64,000 bases of DNA, taken from NCBI RefSeq assembly GCF_963921235.1, contig NC_086097.1, forward strand, positions 218,986,001 through 219,050,000. The letters run 5' to 3'. Shown here one piece after another: positions 50,075 to 64,000 of this stretch. How positions within the stretch are numbered: position 1 is the first letter of the stretch; the number at the start of each line of letters is the position of its first letter. The translations under genes were made by a program, and so were the position numbers. This stretch comes from Mobula hypostoma (taxonomy: Eukaryota). Below the pieces are notes generated by a model. It was given only the letters and a program-made list of their open reading frames with translations, did no database searches and had not been told where the DNA came from.

Positions 50075-52160
50075 AGAATCAGGTTTAATAGAACTGGCAT
50101 ATGTCATGAAATTTGTTGTTTGACAACAGAGGTACATAACAATGCATAATACATAATAATAAAAGTTATGAATTACAATAAGAAGCATATAAAAATGAAA
50201 TGCTAAATTAAATTAAATAAACATTGCAAAAAGAGGAGGAAACATTGAGTAGTGTTCATGGGTTCAATGTCCATTTAGAAATCTGATGGTGGAGAGGAAG
50301 AAGCGGTTCCTGAACCATTGGGGGTGTGTTTTCAGGGTTTAATGGTAGCAATGAGACGAGGGCATGTTCTGGGTGATGGGGGTCCCTAATGATGGATGCT
50401 GCCTTTTTGAGGCATGGGCATTTGAAGGTGTCCTGGATGCTGGGGAGGCCAGTGCCCATGATGGAGCTGGCAGAGTTTACAACTTCCTGTAGCTTTCTCT
50501 GATCCTGTGCAGTGGCCCCTCCATATCCGACAGTGATGCAACCAGTTAGAATGCTTCCTGAGGTACATCTGTAGAAATTTGGAATGTTTTTCATGACATG
50601 CTAATTCTCCTCAAGCTCCCAATGAAGTAAAGCCACTGTCAAATTACATCAATATATTGTGCCCAGGATAGATCCTCAGAGATGTTAAAACTCAGGAACT
50701 TGAAACTGCTCACCCTTTCTACTTCTGAATACTCAATGATGACTGGTGTGTGTTCCCTCGGTTTCCCCTTCCTGAGGTCCACAATCAATTCCTTGGTCTT
50801 ACAGGGATTGAAAGCAAGGTTGTTGCTGAGACACCACTCAACCAGCTGATCTATCCTGCTCCTGTACACCACCTCGTTACCATCTGAAATACTGCCAGCA
50901 ATAGTTGTGTCGTTGGCAAATTAGTCGATGGTGTTCGAGCTGTGCCTTAGCTACACAATCATGGGTGTAGAGAGAGGTGCTAAGCAAGCATCCTTGAGTT
51001 ACGCCAGTGTTGGTTGTCAGTGAGGAGGAGATGTTACTTCTGATCCGTACCGACTGTGGTCTCCCAGTGAGAAAGTCAAGGATCCAGTTGCCGAGGCAGG
51101 TACAGAAGCTCTTGCTTTGGAGCTTGCTGATTAGAACTGAGGGTATGATGGTGTTGAAGGCTGAGCTGTAATCAATAAACAGCAGCCTGACATACGAATT
51201 ACTATTGTTCAGATGATCCAAGGCAGAGTGAGATTGCCAATGAGATTGCATCCACTGTAGTCCAATGTGGGGATAGGAAAATTGCAGCAAGTTCAGATCC
51301 ATGCTCAGGCTGGAGTTGATTCTAGCCATGACCGACCTCTCAAAGCACTTCGTCACAGTAGATGTATGTGCCAATGGGCGATAGTCATTGAGGCAGCTCA
51401 CCCTGCTCTTCTTGAGCACTGGTATGATGGTCTTCCTTTTGAAGCCGGTGAGAGATTGAAGATGTCCCTGAACACTCCCGTCAGTTGGTTGGCACAAGTT
51501 TTCATAGCCCCACTAGGTACATCATCGGGTCCTGATGCCTTGCGAGAGTTTACCCTCTTGAAACATGTTCTGATGACAGCCTCCTAAACAGAGATCACAG
51601 GGTTACCAAATGTTGCAGGGATTTGCACGGGTGCAGTTTTATTCTCCCTTTCAAAGTATGCATGAAAGGCGTTGAGCTCTTCTGGGAGTGAAGCATCACA
51701 GCCATTTGTGATGTTTGATTTTGCTTTGTAGGAATTAGTGGCCCTTAAACCCTGCCAGAGCTGATGTGTATCCAATTCCATCTCCAACCTCAATCAGAAT
51801 TGCTTCTCCACCCTTAAAATATCCTTACATATGTTGTATCTGAACTTCTTGGATTATTGGTCTTAAATACCACAGGTCCAGCCCTCAGGAGGCTACAAAT
51901 CTCCTGGTTCATCCATGCAGTAACACTCTCATCCATGCAGGTGTTGATGACATTAGTGACAACTGTGGCATATTCATTCAGACTCGAAGATGAATCCCTG
52001 AATATTGTCCGGTCCACCATCTTAAAGCAGTCATGAAAGCACTCCTCCACTTCCCTTGACCATAACTTCTTGGTCCTTACCACTGATGCTACAAACTTTA
52101 GTCTCTGCTTATACGCTGGGAGTAGAAGTACGGCCAGATAAATGGACTTACCAAAGTGTG
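50075..52160 (-). mobile_element. Rex1-like LINE, end of APE through 3' tail
   Basis: [36 protein letters not shown]. Confidence 0.88.
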
Positions 52161-52299
52161 CTCATGGGACGGCATGGTAAGCATTCTTGATGGTGGTCAA
52201 GTGTGTTGGCTGCTCTGCTTCAACAGTGATATGTTGGTGGTAGTTGTTCAGAGACTTCTTCAAGCTGGCCTCAGATTCTCCCAAAGTGATAGGGAAGGC

Positions 52300-52737
52300 A
52301 TCAGGATGCTGCTTGAATTAGAGGGCATGTCTTATGAGGATAGGTTGAGCACTACGGCTTTTCTCTTGTAGCAAGAGAGAATGAGAGGTGCACAAGATGA
52401 TAAAAGATATAGATTGAGTAGATAGGCAGAGTCTTTTTTACTCAGGGCAGAAATGGCAATATGAAAGGGAATAATTTAAGGTAATTGGAGGAAAATATAG
52501 GGGGGATGTTAAAGGTAAGTTCTTTACACAGAAGTGGTGGGAATGCCCTGCCAGTGGTGACAGTAGTGGCAGATACATTAGGGGCATTTAAGAAACTTGT
52601 AGATAGGCACATGGAGAATAGAAAAATGGAAGGCAAACTAGGAGGGAATGGTTAGGTTGATCATTGAGTAGGTTAAAATGTGGGCACAACATTGTGGGCC
52701 GGAGGGCCTGTACTGTACTGTATGTTCTGTATTCTAA
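52300..52737 (+). mobile_element. CR1 3' end
   Basis: MSYEDRLS; GGGCCTGTACTGT...TATGTTCT tail. Confidence 0.8.
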
Positions 52738-52744
52738 GCAGTCC

Positions 52745-54835
52745 AGATACAATGTATAGAAGCCCTTTGTGAGTGTGAGAAGACAATTCCATGTGAAGTT
52801 AGAGACAGTGCACAGCAAATGCACAGCAGCTGTGACAGTGTGTGCATGCCATTACTTCCTATAAGGCAAAACCAAATGGCATAAATGGCAAAGATGCTTC
52901 ACTCTCAGGAGAGCTCAATGTCCTTCATGCATGCTTTGAAAGAGAGAATAAGACTACACCTGTCAAAACCCCACAGCATCTGGCGACACAGTGATGTCTG
53001 TCTCGGAGCCCGATATCACAACATCCTTTAAGAGGGTGAACCTTAGCCAAGGGTCAGGTCCCAATGGTGTACCTGGCAATCCGTGTAGACCAACTGGCTG
53101 GAATGTTGAAGAACAGGTTCAAGCTCTCACTGCTACAGTAAGAGGTGCTTCAAAAAGGCATAAAGGAGAGCCGGGTGAGCTCTCCAGAAGCATTCACATC
53201 TACTGTGATGAAGTGCTTTGAGAGGAAGTTCATGGCTATGGAAAACACTACAGAAAGTGGTAGCACAACTCAGTTTATCACAGCAAAATCCTCCCCATCA
53301 TTGAATATATGTATATGGAGCACTGCCACAAGGAAGCAGCATCCATCCTCAAAGACTTCCACCATCCAGGCCATGTTCTCTTTTCACTACTACCATTGAA
53401 CAGCAGGTACAGAAGCCCTAGGTCGCACACCTCCAGGTTTAGGAACAGTTATTACCCTTCAATTATCAGGCTCCTAAACCGGCTTGGATAACTTAAATCA
53501 CCACTACTCAGAACTGGTTCTATGACCTACAGACACACTTTTAAGGACTCTGTACAACTAATTTTCTTGGTATTATTCTTTATTTGCACAGGTTTTCCTC
53601 TTTTGCACATTGATTATTTGTTAGTTTTTGTTTATATATAGTTTTTTTTTGTAAATTCTATTGCTTTTCTTTCCTTCCTGTAAATGCCTGCAAGATAATT
53701 AATCTCAAGGTAGTGTATGGTAACATACCTACTTTGATAATAAATTTACTTTGAATTTTAGTAGAATTAGCTCCTACCTGCACAAGGACCTGGACCTGCT
53801 GCAGTTCCCCCACTGCCGCAACAGGTCTTCAGTAGACACAATCTCATTGGCTCTCCACTCTACTTAGGTACACCTAGACAACAGCAAAACGTGTGTCACA
53901 CTACTGTCAAGATGAAGCCACACTCAGGTTGGAGGAACAACACCTTATATTCTGTCTGGGTAGCCTCCAACCTGATGGCATGAACATTGACTTCCCTAAC
54001 TTCTGTTAATGCCCCACCCTCCCTTCATACCCCATCTGTTGTTTATTTATTATTATTATTAATTTTTTTCTCATTTTCTTCTTTTTCTCCCTCTCTCCCT
54101 GTCACTACACTCCTTGCCCATCCTTTGGGCTTCCCCCCTCCCCCTTCCTTTCTCCATAGGCCTCCTGGTCCCATGATCCTCTCCCTTCTCCAGCCTCATA
54201 TCCCTTTTGCCAATCAATTTTCCAGCTGTTAGCTCCATCTGTCCCCCTCCTGTCTTCTCCTATCATTTCGGATCTCCCTCTCCCCCTCCCACTTTCAAAT
54301 CTCTTACTATCTCTTCTTTCAGTTAGTCTTGACGAAGGGTCTCGGCCCGAAATGTCGACTGTACCTCTTCCTATAGATGCTGCCTGGTCTGCTGCGTTCC
54401 ACCAGCATTTTGTGTGTGTGTGTTGCTTGAAATTCCAGCATCTGCAGATTTCCTCGTGGTCACATTATTGTTTATTGATTACAGCTCAGTGTTCAACACC
54501 ATCATCCTATTGGTAATTATCAACAAGCTTCAAAACCTGGGCCTTTGTTCCTCCCTCTGCAACTGGATCCTTGACTTCTTTATTGGCGCACCATAGTTGA
54601 GTGCAGTGTGGATCAGTAATAACATCTCCTCCTCCTGACAATCAATGCCACCGCACCTCAAGGATGCGTGCATAGCCCACTGCTCTACTCTCTCTGCACT
54701 CATGACGGTATGGCTAGGCACAACTTCAAATCAACTATAAATTCGCCGATGATAGCACTATTGTTGTCAGGATCTCAGATAGAGAAGAGGAGGTGACAGG
54801 AGTGAGACAGATTGGCTGGTTGAATGGTGTCACAA
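52745..54835 (+). mobile_element. Two degenerate Rex1-like fragments (~52745-53757 and ~53760-54835), the second split by a PLE
   Basis: [43 protein letters not shown]. Confidence 0.78.
53908..54458 (+). mobile_element. 5'-truncated PLE 3' end with hammerhead (54325-54360, C3>U)
   Basis: Same tail as 30000-30427; 13-bp imperfect TSD GTCACACTACTGT (53895-907) / GTCACATTATTGT (54459-71). Confidence 0.9.
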
Positions 54836-54877
54836 AAACACAAGAGATACTGTAATTTGGAGCAACTAACAAGGTGC

Positions 54878-55790
54878 TGGAACATAAAAACATAAGAAAT
54901 GTCTGGCCTGTTGAGCCTGCTCCGCCATCTGATAAGATCGTGGCTGATCTGGCCATGACTCATCTCCACCTACCTGCCTTTCCCTTAATTCCCCTACTAT
55001 GCAAAAATCTATCTAACGTTGGAGGAGGTCAAACAGGTCAGGCAGCATCTGTGGAGGGAAATGGACAGTTGATATTTCGCATCAGGGCCTGTCACCTGGA
55101 CTGAGAGAGACAGGGATGAGGCAAAATCTAACAAATGACAAGTAAACTCAAGTGGGGGGGGGGGTGGTGATAGGCGGATGGAGAAAAGAAGAGTGGAAAT
55201 AGTGACAGAGAGTGGGAGCTGTTAGGTGGAGGTGACAAAGGGTTGCAGACAATAGAACCTGATAGGAAAGCCAGGTGGATGTGGGGGGGACGGCACTTGA
55301 GGACAATAGTGGAGACACTCTGGACAGAGTGTTAGGGTGATGGGCAGATGGAGGAGGTGGGTGGAGAAGGGAAAAGAACAACCTTTTGGCATGTACATTC
55401 CAATTTCTGGTAAACTGCTGCCCCTCGCCTCCTTTCTCACTCCGTTATTAACCAATCAGAATTCCTATCAGATTTCATCACCTTGCTTGCCTGGATACAT
55501 TTGTCACTTAAAGATAAAGGTCTAAACTATTAGCTTTATTTGTCACATGTACATCGAAACATACAATGAAATATGTCATTTGTCCAACACAGACCAATAC
55601 AGTCTGAGGCTTTTGCTGGAGGCAGCACACTTGCTAGATCTTGCTCCACGCCTCCCCTTCCTTTCTTAATACTGATTGTGTTCCCTTTATCTTTCAGTCC
55701 AGGTGAAGGGCTTTGACCCAAAAGTTCATTAGCCATTTCCCTCCACAGACGCTGCCTGACCCACTGACTTCCTCAAGCATTGTGCCTGCA
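54878..55790. mobile_element. Mosaic of short old tails: CR1 (-, ~54878-55015), PLE (-, ~55020-55410), LINE/SINE tail (~55530-55635), PLE (+, ~55640-55790)
   Basis: Diverged matches to tails seen elsewhere in the window. Confidence 0.6.
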
Positions 55791-56181
55791 GCACCGTTGG
55801 AAAGATAAGCACCGTTAATAATGATAGTCAGTCTTTTTCAGGTTGGTAGGATATACAAGTGGTGTGCCACAGGGATTAGTGGTGAGATCCCAACTAATGG
55901 TCATTTATATAAATGACTTGGCTGAAGTCATGGAGGTTTTAGTGCTCAAAGTGGTAACTGGCCCAGCACTGCAAATATAACTTTTTACCATTTAATAAAT
56001 TCCTCTATCAGCATAGATATAGATGTAATCAGGTTGACAGAAAGCCCTGAGAATGAAAATAACATTGAGTTTTATACTTTTTAGTTTAAATGATAACACT
56101 TGACAAGAGCTTGACCCTCAACAAGTATGATCATGATGGTTTCTAGAAAGTTACTTGGTTGGATCTGATACTTCCTATCAT

Positions 56182-57795
56182 TCTTTCTGGAGCACGTTGA
56201 TATTAAGGGAGAGGAGGTGTTGGAGTTGTTAAAATACATTAGGACGGATAAGTCCCCGGGTCCTGATGGAATATTCCCCAGGCTGCTCCACGAGGCGAGG
56301 GAAGAGATTGCTGAGCCTCTGGCTAGGATCTTTATGTCCTCGTTGTCCACGGGAATGGTACCGGAGGATTGGAGGGAGGCGAATGTTGTCCCCTTGTTCA
56401 AAAAAGTTAGTAGGGATAGTCCGGGTAATTATAGACCAGTGAGCCTTACGTCTGTGGTGGAAAAGCTGTTGGAAGAGATTCTTAGAGATGGGATCTCTGG
56501 GCATTTAGAGAATCATGGTCTGATCAGGGACAGTCAGCATGGATTTGTGAAGGGCAGATCATGTCTAACAAGCCTGATAGAGTTCTTTGAGGAGGTGACC
56601 AGGCATATAGATGAGGGTAGTGCAGTGGATGTGATCTATATGGAATTTAGTAAGGCATTTGACAATGTTCCACACGGTAGGCTTATTCAGAAAGTCAGAA
56701 GGCTTGGGATCCAGGGAAGTTTGGCCAGGTGGATTCAGAATTGGCTTGCCTGCAGAAGGCAGAGGGTGGTGGTGGAGGGAGTACATTCAGATTGGAGGAT
56801 TGTGCCTAGTGGTGTCCCACAAGGATCTGTTCTGGGACCTCTACTTTTCGTGATTTTTATTAACGATGTGGATGTTAGGGTAGAAGGGTGGTTTGGCAAG
56901 TTTGCAGATGACACAAAAGTTGGTGGTGTTGTAGATAGTGTAGAGGATTGTCAAAGATTGCAGAGAGACATTGATAGGATGCAGAACTGTGCTGAGAAGT
57001 GGCAGATGGAGTTCAACACAGAGAAGTGTGAGGTGGTACACTTTGGAAGGACAAACTCCAAGGCAGAGTACAAAGTAAATGGCAGGATACTTGGTAGTGT
57101 GGAGGAGCAGAGTGTTCTGGGGGTACATGTCCACAGATCCTTGAAAGTTGCCTCACAGGTGGATAGGGTAGTTAAGAAAGCTTATGGGGTGTTAGCTTTC
57201 ATAAGTCGAGGGATAGAGTTTTAAGAGTCGTGATGTAATGATGCAGCTCTATAAAGCTCTGGTTAGGCCACACTTGGAGTACTGTGTCCAGTTCTGGTCA
57301 CCTCACTATAGGAAAGATGTGGAAGCATTGGAAAGGGTACAGAGGAGATTTACCAGGATGCTGCCTGGTTTAGAGAGTATGCATTATGATCAGAGATTAA
57401 GGGAGCTAGGGCTTTACTCTTTGGAGAGAAGGAGGATGAGAGGAGACATGATAGAGGTGTACAAGATAATAAGAGGACTAGATAGAGTGGATAGCCAGCG
57501 CCTCTTCCCCAGGGCACCACTGCTCAATACAAGAGGACATGGCTTTAAGTTAAGGGGTGGAAAGTTCAAGGGGGATATTAGAGCAAGGGTTTTTACTCAG
57601 AGAGTGGTTGGTGCGTGGAATGCACTGCCTGAGTCAGTGGTGGAGGCGGATACACTAGTGAAGTTTAAGAGACCACTAGACAGGTATATGGAGGAATTTA
57701 AGATGGGGGCTTATATGGGAGGCAGGGTTTGAGGGTCGGCACAATATTGTGGGCCGAAGGGCCTGTACTGTGCTGTATATTCTATGTTCTATGTT
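56182..57795 (+). mobile_element. Young 5'-truncated CR1, RT nearly intact (one frameshift ~57220)
   Basis: ORFs 56217-57224 and 57238-57732; (TTCTATG)n tail; 7-bp TSD CTATCAT at 56175-81 and 57796-802. Confidence 0.95.
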
Positions 57796-58567
57796 CTATC
57801 ATAAGTTTCAGAAGGTATTTGTGCTTTAGTGTTGCCAAATACCTTAAATCTAAAACATCTGATGTTTCTCAAGCCTGGCTTACTTCACTAATTTTCCTTT
57901 CTATTACTGACTGCTGTTAGCCACCAGGTCTCTATACCTATTATTTTCCCACTAGCCTGGTCCCATCAGATATGTCATGGATTGGAGTTCCGCTGTGTCT
58001 CTCAAGTGAGGTTGATTGGAATCCAATTAACACAGCCTCTTTGTCTCATCTATCTCAATGTGGCCCATTCTCTTCCCCGTACATTTGGCCAACATCCCAG
58101 AATGCCTCATGGCCATGTCACATTTGGTCTTTCTCAATACTGAGCAAATATCTCTAAATACATGTACTCATTGAGGAACCAGGCATTGTCTATATACATA
58201 TGGTAGTCAGTTTTCAGCCAATTGTGTCAAATGGCCATCTGCTGTGTAATATCACAGCTGCAGTTCTATGGGAGAGCAATCGTTATTTATTCAGCTGCAT
58301 CTTGTGATTCTAAAATCAATCTCTCCTTCGACAGTTCAGTAAAAATAGTCTGAAGCTTGAATCTTACTTATTATTGTCTATTCTTAAATATTGTCAATGA
58401 CTCTGTACTCCCTAGCAAAAGATTTGGTTGCTAACTTTACTGGTATTACAAAGAAAGTTGTGAAGAGGACAGTGAGAAGCTATGAATTGAAAAAAGTCAT
58501 GTTTTAATTCATGAAGGGGCAAATAACAGGAAGAAATGGGATTACAAGTGAAAATGTGACATTGCCA

Positions 58568-59560
58568 GATTTAGAGTGAAATTTATTATCACTGATGTAT
58601 ATGAAGTGAAAACTATTGTTTCGCAATAGCAGTGCGGTGCAAAGACATCAAGTTAATTTAAGTAACAAAAATAAATTAAAATAAATAGTGCTAAAAAAGG
58701 AATTATAACCATAAGTTCATGGACCATTCAGGAATCTGATATATGAAGGGAAGAAACTGGTCCTTGGTTGTGGAGTGTGGGTCCGCAGACTCCTGTACAT
58801 CCTTCCCAATATTAGTAATGAGAAGAGGGCATATTCTGGATGGTGAGGGAAGTTAGTGATGGATGTTGCCTTCTTGAAGATGCCCTTGTCGATGGGGAGA
58901 GTCCTACCCATGATGGAGTTAGCTGAGTCTATAATCTCCTGCAGTCTTGTGCAACCCAGTGTATTGGAGCCTCCATACCAGGCCATGATGCAGCCAGTCA
59001 GGCTGTTCTCCACCAGGCCTCTATGGAAATTTGTAAGGGTCCTCAACATACCGAGTCCTCAAATTCCTAATGAAGTAAAACCACTGGCTTGCCGCCTTTA
59101 TAATTACGTCAATGTGTTGGGCCCAGGAGAGATCCTCTGAGATATTTATGCCTAGGAGATTGAAGATGCTCATCCTTTCCACCGTTCACTCCTCAATGAG
59201 GACTGGTGTGTGTTTTCGTAACTTTCCCTTCCTGAAGTCCATAATTAATTCCTTGGTCTTGCTAGCTTTGGGTGTGAGGTTATTGTTTGTGAAAGCACTC
59301 AACCAACTGATCTATCTCATTCCAGTGCATCCCCTGGTTGCCATCTGCTGATCTAATCAGTAAATTCGTAGATGCTGTTTGAGCTATCCTTAGCGATATA
59401 ATTGTGAGTGTAACAGGAGTAGGCAGTGGGCTAAGCATGCATCTTTGAATTATGCCCGTTTTGATTGTCAGCAAGGATGAGATCTTACTACTGATCTGCA
59501 TTGTCTGCGGTCTCCAAACATGGAAATTGAGGATATAGTTGGAGAGGGAGGTACAGTTTG
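58568..59560 (-). mobile_element. Degenerate Rex1-like LINE 3' half
   Basis: LTNFHRGLVENSLTGCIMAWYG, HPEYALFSLL. Confidence 0.8.
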
Positions 59561-59569
59561 GCTGGGAAA

Positions 59570-61170
59570 AAAATAAGCATATTATCAAAATGGTGAAAGA
59601 TTGCAGAACTCTGAGATACAAGAGAATCTGGGTGTTCTGTTGTTTGATTCGCAAAAAGCTGTTATCCAGATAGAGCAGGTAGTTATGCAAGGTAGAATGC
59701 CAAGCTTTATTGCTAATGGAATTGGTTGCAAAAGTAAGGGGGTGGTAAGCTTTAATTTTAAGCACTGATTAGACCATATCTGGAGTACTATATGCCGTAT
59801 CACTCTCTTTATTTTAGAAAATAATTAGTTCAAAGCGGAGAAAATTTGGATGGTAGGGATATGGAGGGCTATGATCCCGGTGCAGGTTGATGGGAGTAGG
59901 CAGTTTAAATGTTTTGGCATGGACTAGATGGGCCAAAGGGTCTGTTTCTGTGCTGTACTTCTCTATGACACTAAATTACTAGACTAATGCCTGGAAAAGA
60001 CAAGATGTGCTATGAAAATGCCAAGCTGTCTTTGTATTAACTGTAGACTGGTGGAGTGAAAGGTGGCTTGATTGAAACATTTCAGATATCAAGGAGTCTT
60101 GACAAGGTAGATTTAATGAAGAATTTTCCCATTACGTGGGAATTCTCTACATACTGACAGAAGAATGTTTCACTGAATCCCTGTCTTAAATGAACATCCC
60201 TTTATTTTCACAGAGAGATTAGGTGAAATCTTCTTCAACGTTGGAGAATCGTTGGAGCTTTGTTTCTTAATGGGTAGTAGAAACAATGTCTGGGGATAGT
60301 TTTAAAGCAGGAGAAGATGATTCTATATCGGCTGTTTTGGAGGAACAGATGGAGATAGAGTTCCATGAGTGGCAGATGGAGTTGAACAGAGCGAAGTATG
60401 AAGTGATTCACTTTGGAAGGTCTAATTTGAAGGCAGAATATAGGGTTAATGACAAGATTCTCAGCAGTGTGGTGGAGCACAAGGATTCTGGAGTCCATGT
60501 CTATAAACCCCTCAAAGTTGCCATGGAAAAGTGGTAGGGTTGTTAAGAAAGTATAGGGTGTGTTCGTCTTCCTTAGCCAGGGGATTGAGTGCAAGAGCTG
60601 TGAGGTGATGTTGCAATTCTATAAAATCCTGGTTAGATCCCATTTGGAATATTGTGTTCGGTTCTGGTTGCCTCATTATAGGAAGGTTCTGGAAGAGACG
60701 ATGAAGAGGAGATTTACCAGGAAGCTGACTGGATTGGAAAACATGCCCTATGAGGATTGATTGAGTGAGTTAGGGCTTTTTTTTCTTTGGAGCAACTGAG
60801 AATGAGAAGTGACTTGATAGAGGTGTTCAAGATGATAAGAGGCAAACATTAAGTGGGTAGCCATAGAATTTTTTTTCCACAGAAATGGCTAATAGAAGGG
60901 GACATCATTTTAAGGTGATTGGAGGATAGTAAAGGGAGGGTGGAATGTCAGAGCTAAGTTTTTACACAGAAAAGTTGTGGGTGTATTGAATCCCCTGACG
61001 GGTGGTGATGGAGGCAGATACATTAGGGTCAATGAAAAGACTCTTAAATGAAGACATGGATGATAGAAAAATGGAAGGAAGAGGTAGATTGCTTTTAGAG
61101 TAGGTTAAAAGATTGGCACAACATCTTGGCTGGAAGGGCCTGTACTGTGCTATAATATTTTATATTCTAT
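59570..61170 (+). mobile_element. Cluster of degenerate CR1 fragments
   Basis: WQMELNRAKYEVIHFG, YKILVRSHLEYC; CR1 tails at ~59965 and ~61170. Confidence 0.8.
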
Positions 61171-61379
61171 AAGCTCAGGTGTGAAAAGCTATCATGGGTG
61201 TTTGAGAATACCAAGTTGTAATTACAATCAGAATCATCATGATTTTATTAAATGGGGGAGCAACTTTGTTGGGCTTAGTGGCCAATTCATCTCCTAATAT
61301 ACATGTGCAAATAAGGTGATGTTTAACTGGAAAAAAACTGCAGCTTATTGAGCTTGGAATAGATGAATCAATACGCATT

Positions 61380-61790
61380 GGTGTGAGCAGAGATTTCAGT
61401 GTTTTCAAGTTTATAGAAGGCAAGAGATAGAGGCTGTTTAAGGGTGCACTGGGGTGGTATGTGTGGACATAAGGAGCATAGACTGAAGATTTCAGCAAAG
61501 GATGAACAGCACAGACAGAGATGGTCTATGTTACTATGGTGGAAATAGGCAATTTTAATAAAGTTGTGGATACGTGATTGGTGGGTCATTTCGGGATTGA
61601 GAATAGTATCAATCAGCTCACATTCTAATTTTATCTCAAAGACAGTTGCTAGGGAGAGAGATGGAGTCAGTGGCAAGGGAATTTCTGGTGTGAAAGTGAT
61701 TTTTTTTGTCTCCCTGATATTTAGTTAGAAGAAACTTCTGTGTCTGCTCTGGATGTTGAACAAACAGACGGATGATTTACAGACGGTGAA
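61380..61790 (-). mobile_element. Ancient L2-clade LINE remnant
   Basis: RIHNFIKIAYFHHSNI resembles the L2 motif HI..ITK.AYFHLRNI. Confidence 0.5.
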
Positions 61791-62559
61791 TGTAACAGAC
61801 TTCATTAATCCATATATTTGGCATCAATATATAATTCATCAGCTGACAAGACTTGAGATCTGCTTTCAGCTCCACTAATCTGTATGGAGATTCTGAACCA
61901 TCAGTCAATTGCATGTTTGTATAAGAGGAAATAGTCCTTTCCGAATGTCTTAATTACACTTTGGTTCTTCTTTGAGTTTAGTCTTGGGGGAGAATTTTCT
62001 TACCCTTTCTCTAATCGATTTACAGTAAGATGATAAGCTTGCTCCAGGTAATCATTTGTTCACCTGTGTAAATATGTCTCTTGGTTTTACTGTTTGTCCA
62101 ACTTTAATTACTGTCTTCCAACAATTCCCCATCCACCCATTTCCTCTTGTTTGGGCTAATCCTTCCGTACTTTGAAATTTGCCATTTTATCTAAAAAAAA
62201 TGATATAACCTTTATGAATTAGTTATCTTGTCCCAACTTCTGTTTAATAACAGTGGTCATTTTTTGGCTTCCCTCTTATCTTTTGCTTTGTTCCTGTAAT
62301 GTTTTTGATTTCCTTGTGCCACAGTAATATTAGATCTGTGAATTTCTGAGAACAATGAGAATGGATGTGGCTACTTAGCCTTCCTTGCCTGTTCAATCAT
62401 TTAGTGATCATGACTAATCCCTGCCCTCTCTTCAAAACTCTGTTTACCACAAATCCTTCAATAATTTTCATTAATAGACCTTTGGACATTTTTTCTCCAG
62501 ATAGTTTATCAGTTCCTCTTAAATTTTGAAGGCACTGGCTAAGTCGTCCTGTATCCATT

Positions 62560-63149
62560 TGTAATGCTCTGTAAGATTTCACTGCTAATGTAATGTCCTC
62601 TCTGTAATGTTTCACTGCTATGGAAATGGTTTCTCTGTAGCAGCAATGTTTAGGTTATGATTAGAGATAACAGAGGCTTTGGAATATGTGCTATCCAATG
62701 AGAGGCATGTTGTTCTTTCTTGTGGGGCTGGGAGCAGGGATTTTGCGGTCTTTTGTTGGCGAGACGTGAAGAGAGAAGGCGCGAATGGAAAGAGTTGGTA
62801 GACTGGCAGATGGAGTGGATGGAACGAGGGTCCGACGGTCAGCGACACTCGGAGGAAGTCGATGGGGAACGAATAGATGAACCCGTGAGCTCCAACGTGC
62901 ACATTAGACTCTTTCATTAAAATGGGCCCGTTTTCTTTTTATTTTCTTTACGAACCCTATAGTCAGATTAGGATTTATAAAGTTCAGTCGTTTAATTGCA
63001 TATGGTGTACTGTCTGATATTTTGCGGTTCGGATTTGTAACCAGGCAACACATCACACAGCATCCACATAGACGAGATCTCTCAGTTTGTCTGGGCCAGA
63101 GGCTGTCTTCCCCTCGACAAATGCATGCAGACCGAACCTGAGGGTTACA
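62560..63149 (+). mobile_element. Solo LTR, 590 bp
   Basis: TGTAA...TTACA termini; 4-bp TSD CATT at 62556-59 and 63150-53. Confidence 0.92.
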
Positions 63150-64000
63150 CATTAAGTTCCTGGAATGTGTCCTGATGTATTTAAACACTAGTGTGGCTGG
63201 AGAGTTGGAATTCTGATGCAGTGAATGTTGACTACTTTCCTTTTTTTTGTACCTTCATCCATCTTAGTTCGCACGTTGGAGTTGTTCATAATGTATGTAT
63301 TTAAATATTCTTCAGTTAAAACATTTAGGAAAAAGGTTGCAACTCAGACTGAGTTGGAGACAGTTTAAATTAATTTCACTTCAGATCCTATGGCCATCAT
63401 TGAGGGTGGAGGCATTCATCTCATCAGTCTGATCAAACCCAATTGCAAGTAGTGAATGGGTAGTTTTTAAATCCAGACTGTGAATCAGTGGCTTCATATA
63501 AAGAAAGACTTTAGTAGTGTACTGTCACTTCAGAGTGAAAGTATATCATACAGTGGGCTAGGAGATAGTTTCCCGTTTCACTCTATCTTCACCCTGGAGA
63601 AAGCATTATTATTGTGATGGAACGCAAAGTGATGCCAAGTAGGCTCCTTTGTGACTTTCCACACAACTGAGTACCAGTAATTTGTTTCCTTTGAAAATCT
63701 GTCAGCCTGGCATATTCTGAAGAAGCCTGCTAACAAATGCTAGCTGAATTTTCTTCTGTAGTTGACAGATCTGTACTCCCTCATAATGCTTCTCTTTGTT
63801 TCACCGATAATATTTCTCTTTTTTACTAATTTCCGTAGTCAGTGAGCTTGAATTAAGTTTCAGCAAATCTTTAAAACATTAATTAGGATTGATGTTCTTA
63901 AGTGGTTGCGCAGAGATGCCTCCCAAGAGCATTCCAGGGGGCTGTTTAGCAAATGAATTTATAAGCTCTCACAGGATAACTAAATAAAACATTATGTAAA

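Overview
Eukaryotic, CpG-decayed, repeat-dominated DNA. The repeat repertoire (HER1-like CR1 LINEs, Neptune-type Penelope-like elements, Rex1/Babar LINEs) suggests a cartilaginous fish; this is an inference. No host exon, rRNA, tRNA or CRISPR array can be supported, and every recognisable ORF is a decayed transposon ORF. Contents: many CR1 and Rex1-like LINE fragments, one near-complete CR1 with an esterase ORF1, several Penelope-like elements (PLEs) with inverted arms and 12-16 bp TSDs, a HERO/NeSL-type RLE retrotransposon, a Tigger deletion derivative, a SCAN-bearing Gypsy remnant and three LTRs. The most interesting layer is RNA structure. About 12 copies of a minimal type-I hammerhead ribozyme sit in the PLE tails. 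Just downstream of the HERO ORF (14067-14133) all hammerhead core motifs and helices I and III are present, but the three strands are in reversed, non-circularly permuted order. Boundaries without a TSD are approximate.
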